A stretch of DNA of 64,000 nucleotides from Tubiluchus corallicola (lineage: Eukaryota > Animalia > Priapulida). Where the stretch lies: positions 1-64,000 of the forward strand of contig JAQGDQ010000303.1 in the NCBI GenBank assembly GCA_030141605.1, written 5' to 3'. Shown piece by piece: positions 38,241-64,000 of this stretch (positions within the stretch are counted from its first letter, which is position 1; each line of letters begins with the position of its first letter). The notes beneath the pieces are model-generated. The model was not told the origin of the DNA, did not search any database, and saw only the letters and a program-made list of their open reading frames with translations. The position numbers and the translations under genes are program-made.

Positions 38241-41200
38241 ATTCACTTATTCACTTGACTCCTCGCGACGCAGGTACAGGAATGCTAGCATATACGGGGT
38301 GGCCCAGAAATCTCTCAAACTCAGTCACTAGTATTATTGCCAGCACATAAAAACTTTGCCCATAGTAGAGGCGTTTAGGTTACGTGGTAAATTTTAATAG
38401 TGAACGTTTCACTCGTCATTGCTTTTTTGTCATTAACAAAAAGTAGTAGTAGTAGTAGTAGTAGTATGCTCTGTCTTGATTGTAGTTTCTGTGTAAGTCT
38501 GTCCTGATTATTTTAGCGGCGATAGTTGAATATTAAGTTGTAAAATCTCGTTTTTTTAGGTCTGATTTGATTTTCGTAGATTCCGGCTTATTTTCGCTGA
38601 TGTAACCTACTCGCTATAGAAATTTAGGTTGATTTAGCTACATCATCCTCATGGGTATCCCTGTCGAGCTGGTTTTGGGCAAAGTAGAGGAGCTGACTAT
38701 GCACAAAACTTTTTTCATCCCCATTATAACTTATGTTGCACATGTAGGTCACAATTACTTTGATTTTGACAAATAGAAGGTACGCAAAATTATTCAGCAC
38801 ACTTGGCAGGAGATGAGAGACCGACTACCCTGAAGCAAATTTTTACAAAGAACGCAACTTGTTCTGGAAACCGTTTGTTTACCTTATGAAGATTGTTTGG
38901 GATACGTTTACAAGTGTTGTAATTTACATGCTCAGTTCGAGAAAACTCTCAGTCTAGACGGCCTGATTAGGACATAGAAGGCCTGAATGGCGTCGGAAGT
39001 CTTGTTTCCACGTTCAAGATTGCAAAAAGCAAACTGCAGGAAAGAAGCACTTTTTCACTTTAGTTGTATTCATCGCGGGCATCTTATATTTATGGACCTT
39101 CATGTAGATTTTAAAAACTAAAACACAAAATTTCAATTTCTAGATTAATTTCCTATTTTACGCACTTAAAATTTTCGTCCATTCACCAACTAGCGCATGC
39201 GCACCATTGCCACTATAATAAAGGGCATTCAAATGGCATTTCTTCCTCATACTTTCCTCATAATGGAACTCATACTTTGTTGTTCTCTCCGAAAGCTGGC
39301 TTTGCGTAATAAGTTTGTATCAGTCAGTTATGTTATTGTACTCGGCTGTTATTTTCTAGTTGTCGCTAAGTACCAGGCGATTTAAGGTCTTGAAGTCACA
39401 GAAAATAATGCGCTATAATATTCGATGCAATACAATTGCAGCAATATTGGTAGCGGAAGCAATCAAATAACATTTTCGGCATTGTAATCGTCTAGCCTGT
39501 AGCTCACATTGACATATCGTATTCTAACATGCTCGAAAGCATACACAAACTCCTCTATATTTCACAGGATGTACAATCTGCTATAAAATCGGCAACAATG
39601 GTAAGAGCAGTAACATTTGATATCTTGAACCCTTGACCTGAATCTTCATCACGCATCTGAGAGCTAATTAAAGGATCGGCTATCAGTTTTTTAACTGGAC
39701 TTCCGAAGAGAATCAGCAGATGGCATGCATTGTTTCCGACATCTATGTACTAAAAGGGAAATTTTAATTGATGCATGGTGTTTACGGACCCATGGAAACG
39801 GCCAACACTCAACACGTATTACCGATCACCCAACACGTGTTACGTGTTACGTGGAATCCTGACTTAAGAATACGCCTAACTAATTTGTCACCTAAATGTT
39901 TTTCATTGTTTTTTTATTCAAAATTCATTAAGGAGTTAATCTAATTAGTCAGTAACTAGTCTGCCCTGAGATTAGGCGAGCTAACAGGATATTCACAGGG
40001 ACTGCGTGGTGGCTGCGATTTGAGCTCATCATTCGAGTATCCCTAGTTTCAATCCATTTCGATCCTAGCTCCATTTTCTTAGTTTTTTTTCGTCCGAGAT
40101 TTAAAAAACTATTAAAGTAGGTTTATTTCATTAAAAACGTGTATAATTTCGCAAACGTAAAGGGTTGATGAAAAGTTGCAGAGTGCACAACAATGCCCTG
40201 CAATGCAAAAATATGCATTGGAATATGACTGGAGCTGAAAACGTACTATAGAAAGTTACACCAGACAATCGCGTTTAAGTTTAGACCAGACAATACTGTA
40301 GCAGCAGCAAAACCCCAGGCCACACAATGTGATCATGCTTATATTGCCCGAGTCTGCATCAGTAGCTTCTACTATCATCGACATCAGCTCTACTAACAAC
40401 AACGATAACAGTAATTACGGCAACAGTGTAAGTGCAACAGAATCAAGCATTGTGAATCAAGAATCAAGCAGAAAAAAAGAGCAAAATAATTTTTATACAT
40501 TTAATAAAATTAATATTATTACTTACACACACACTATTGGCTCGTCAGAATCTAACACCAACACAGAGACGATGAACTGTAACTGATTCTGTGTGGCAAA
40601 TGCAAAAATTCAACAATTAATACGAACAAATTTCGTCGCTCTTATGCTTTCGTTTTATCTCATCATAAACATTGTAAATTCAAATTATTAAGCCGCCAAG
40701 CAGCTTTAATCAAATTATCATAATAGTATGCGATTAAATCCGAATCACATGACTCTTAAACGTCCCATATGACATCAGTTTTCAATATACTTGAGTGCTT
40801 AATAATTAGTTTATCACGTATATCATGCAAGCTTAGCAGTCGTACTGCACGTGCGCATAAAATAATGGAAGTAAATGAAGCCATATTGCTACTGAAATCA
40901 TTTCAAGTGTAATGCGCATGTGTGTCACAGAATACATTGGTGATAACTAACATGTTAAGTAAAAACACAATTGTAAAACTGATTTTGCTAATAGGTCTAC
41001 CAACAATCATCAAATGGCTATGGCAACACACCAACAGCAACACCAGCAACAATAACAACAACGGCGCCAACAGCAATGAAGTGGCGTTGACAACAACGAG
41101 GGGAAAAAGTTAACGTTTAAATTACCTATATGAGTAGGATGTTGAAAGTACTTGTCACAATTGACGTCTAGCATAATGTCAATCATTTATTTCAGCGTGC

Positions 41201-43375
41201 CAGTTATTTCATACCCCTGCACGCAGGTACGTTTGGAACATTTAGCTACAGCTGCGTTTAATGCTGTTATGAAAAATGCTCAACTTTTCATTCGTTAGCG
41301 AGAGAAATATTAGCCTGGTTCTAGATTTTATTATTGTCAATTGAAATTGCAAGTGAATTAGTGGAAATGTATAGTCTAGTTTCGTTTATAGAAAGAAATG
41401 CACAACGCTTACGTCTATGACTTGGTGATTAAACCATTTTGCTATCAAGAAAATACGCAGTTTAGCTTAGTCTGTGGCTTTGCAAGTTAGATAAAAAACT
41501 ATTTGATTAACCTTAAATAAGGACAAATTAACCTAGCGATGTTAGGCCGATCAGGTGACGCTGCTTAAATGTTCGCAAAGGTCAAGTGGCCTACCTGAAC
41601 AGAGTTGAGAATTAATTTATTACTTCAGATCACTGAAACTCGAATTGGCAAGTATAAATTATTAAAGGGTAACCTGCATCTAAAAGTTCCAGCCTGCACA
41701 CCTCTAACTAGGTTTGCGCAGGTTGTAAAAAATAAGCTAGTCGGCGTATGTCAGCAATAGTTGAAGCCTAGCCATAGAGCTGAACGCATCCAGGGGAATC
41801 CGTAACGAGTATCCGGAATGAGTAAACCAGCACATTCGTAGGTACCCCATATTTAGGCAAAACGTTTTCGGAATTTTTTAGGTAAAATGTTTTCTTTTCT
41901 GGCCAGTTTCTATATAAACCCCAATGAGATCTTCACAGTCAAAATTAATTCAAATGTGGTCAAAACTTATATTATACATCAATGTAATATTAGTTAATTT
42001 TTCTCGTTATAATCATGGTTAAAAGATGCCATTGGAACTTACGTAAACTGGGCATACAATATACGGATCGTCTATGGAATGGAGCAAACAAATTCATTCC
42101 ATTTCTGTAGCCTAACAAACGGCTAAGTACAGAAACTGAATTAATCTTGTAGATGAGCCATGATCAGTTAATATTGAAAAAATACATCGCAGGCATGATA
42201 TTCGTATGTTCAAAGGCAAGAGTTCAAAGTTCAAAGTTTATCTGCTGATTAGACATTAGTTGTGACTGTCATGTTGCTTAGTTTAGTTTAGACAGTTGTT
42301 GTCCAGCGTGGGCTCAAGTCGTCTGCGCGTGCTTACGTCACAGCCGAGGCCTAGTGATAGACCAATATGTTTGAAGTCAATTTGGCCTGTACTAAATACA
42401 AACTATTGCCAAGATATAGTTTTGATATTAACAATATATGTGATGAGCCTAGTACGTTACATACATCTTTCCTCTGTTTACCTTTCACCACCTTATCTTA
42501 TTTTACCTAACTTTGCCACTTCACGTTATCTTATCTGACCGTACCTGTACTTTACCTTATCTTACCTTATATAATCTTGCTTTTACGTTATCTAAATATT
42601 AGTCAATTAGTAAACGTTTAAATTTAAAAAAATTAAACGCTTGACCGAGAAAGCCAGAATACTCTTGATAGTTGGAGATTATCGTTTAATTACGTCTGTG
42701 TTTAGAAACAGTATTTAACAAAACATACATTTGTAACAACTAACAAGCCCACGAAATAGCTAAAAGCAGCACTGGTATTTCAAAGTAAAAAGCGAAACAG
42801 GTACACTTAATAGGTTAATTTCTAAGTTCTGCAATAACTAATAGGCCAAGCTAAAGCTAAAGCTGTACTTAGCTAAACAGCTGCTAAGCATTAGTAAGCC
42901 TAAACTTGTTACGCCACCTATGTATATGGGGATAAAACAAATAGTTTCTCCAATGCTCTCCACAGTTAGGCTATAGAGAAAGTCGCTAGTTTGTTTAGAG
43001 AAGAATCAGGAAGCCTAAGCACCTTTACGTGCTCAATGTTATTAGGCTAAGGTCATCTAATGACGGCTCTTGTCATTTGCTAAGACCAAAATGTGTTTTC
43101 AGCTCGTAGGTTTGGGAACATGAGGGAGTTTCTGATCAAAATTATTGTTAACCACCACTGAGTCTGTCAATGTAGACGGTTGGCCAGATGAGTCCATTTT
43201 CACTGCCCATTTTCTGCATACGCAATTCTCACTGTTACTTTTCTGTATAAAAAATAAATGACGGTTTCTTAAAAACAATCACATTGTTTCTGGCAAACAT
43301 TCGTAGCGGCCTATTTAAAACGTTAAAAAACTGTCGTGTGGTATCACCTTAAAATCAGAACAAGCCCTTTAATTA

Positions 43376-43781
43376 AGGTTAGCCACTGTTTGCAGGAAAA
43401 CAGACCGCATACTGTCTGTTGAATTGAATTGAATTTATTTATTATATATATATATATAATATAACAGAAGGCAGCTATATAATTTTTAAACCATTTTTCT
43501 TCACAGCAAGACTCCATTGAAATAAGGTTTAGGAAAAAATGTTAGCCGCCTGTAAGAGAGATCGTGCTATATTTTCATCACTTTCTACGAAGACCACAAT
43601 CCATTTGGAGAAGACCCGGTAACATAATGCTTCTTTATCCTCCTCACAGTGACTCATATCACTTGTAATGTACACTATAGTGTTTGTGATTATGTATTAT
43701 GTATTATTTCACTGCGTAATAAATAAATTCAATTCAACGTGACAGTATACGGTCTGTTTTGCAGTAAACAGAGGCAAACCT
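43376..43781. repeat. ~65-70 bp imperfect inverted repeats enclosing ~270 bp (MITE/foldback-like)
   Basis: aggttagccactgtttgcaggaaaacagaccgcatactgtc..ttgaattgaatttatttatta matches the reverse complement of 43717-43781. Confidence 0.8.
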
Positions 43782-44854
43782 CTTGCACGCACAGTTGCAA
43801 ATAAAAATGCATTTACGTGATTTGAAACACCAAAAGCAATTGAATCAAGTGTAGTTAGTTTGTGTTATATACACGAAACTGATGTTCCGTCAGTTTAAAA
43901 TAAGAATGTGTGTGAATAAACATTCTGTTTATCTGGTAGGATTTATTAATAATATAAAAAGGTATTATCAGCATAGTCTTTGTGTTTTTTTAGGCAAACC
44001 TAACTAACTTTAGAAAGCTAATTGCTAGGAAAAATGATGTAAAGTAATGAAATATTTTTCTGTAATGACTTTTATTTGCACAATCATTTATTGCTTCTGC
44101 TACAACACGCATGTGTCGTAATAGACTTTTAATTATTTAATCATAAAATCTGAACTTTGGCAGCTATATAATCAATGAGTAATCAAATGAAGAGACTCAT
44201 GGGGAACTGTATTAAGTCTATTAGCTAAAGTTACTGATGCAAAAAATCAATTTTTTATGGTATAAAGATTTAGCCTACAGAAAATAACAATACATAGCCA
44301 CAATTAATAATTTAACAAAGATTCAAAAAAATGGCAGTGCTTGAAAATTAAACCCTAATCGATCACGACATTTTAAAACGTTTAAACATTCAAGCCTTTC
44401 AACTTGATGCGTGTTGCTGCTGTAGCACTTATTAATAAAGCCTGTCAAGTCAGGCAAATCCACTTCTTTCATTTAGATTGCAAAAGTGGTTTAACATCTG
44501 CCAGTGATAAAGACGTTCATAAGAAATTTATTGCTTTCCATTTTCTTTATTGTAATCCGTCCACTCTCTTGCACGAGGTTTTGTGTGAAACTGAAGTGGT
44601 GAAGCCAAACCCAAAATCCAGAATGAATCCTGCCTTAATGGCGAGTTTGCGTGATGCTCCGAAATGCTTGCGCAGTTTGATAGACTTGCACCTAAAGGCA
44701 ATTTTGATGGGAATTCTCTCAGCTAGATTTAAAAGGTCGCACTGCAATTGCCACTCTGTTTTGGGTTGTACACTCTTGCGATTGCCACACTTTTATGGTC
44801 AGAAAACACATCGCCGATATCTTCTTAATGTCTTCAAATAAGATAACATCTGAA

Positions 44855-63550
<18,696 letters not shown>

Positions 63551-64000
63551 TGAATTTGTTAATATTTAAAGGCGAGAGTAATTCACAAAAATGTATTTTT
63601 GTTTTAGCTTTTGTGTCTAATATACTCTAACTAAAATGCTTAACAAAATCTACTACGGATACTGCAACTACAATGTAACTTAAACTTTTAATTCTGAGCA
63701 ACTACAAGTCACCAGGCTACTAGTAGACAAAAATTTAATCAAGATTTAGAATTTAAGGAAAACGAAGTAAGAAATTCAAAATCTGCAGTAACCAAGAGGT
63801 GCTATATCAGCTAATGCAATAAACGAACTCACGTAAGGACCAGATATTTTTATTTTCTGAAATGTGCTTTAAAAATGAAATTTAAAATGCCTCATTTATA
63901 TTCTTCATGCTTTATTAAACATAGCCACGCTTTTGCGATAACAAATGTGCGTTCATTCCATAACACATTTCAGTAACATCATGACATTGCAATAGCTCAG

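Overview
AT-rich, intron-containing animal (invertebrate-like) genomic DNA, not prokaryotic, and no CRISPR array. All gene models were read by eye and are unverified by transcripts. Three host genes are supported. (1) A compact two-exon minus-strand gene (1031->300) with TATA box and signal peptide, encoding a ~178 aa secreted-looking protein made of His/Glu/Gln hexapeptide repeats, poly-Q and an Arg-rich tail. (2) A single-exon rhodopsin-class neuropeptide GPCR (6854->5448), resembling orexin/allatotropin/SIFamide/NPFF receptors. (3) A 14-exon plus-strand ionotropic glutamate receptor-family gene (~44855-63550, ~1084 aa) that keeps the N-terminal domain but appears to have lost the canonical glutamate-binding residues and the pore Gly. 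The rest is mobile DNA. A near full-length decayed CR1/L2-group LINE has an SGNH-esterase ORF1, a virus-like 2A/StopGo motif (GGIESNPGP) ahead of an internally deleted APE domain, and a nested hAT MITE. Two more LINE fragments and a Penelope-like remnant are present. A non-autonomous Helitron-like family carries (TGTGG)n minisatellites and forms head-to-tail CTAG|TC junctions. MITEs, SINE-like heads and many microsatellites fill the remainder.
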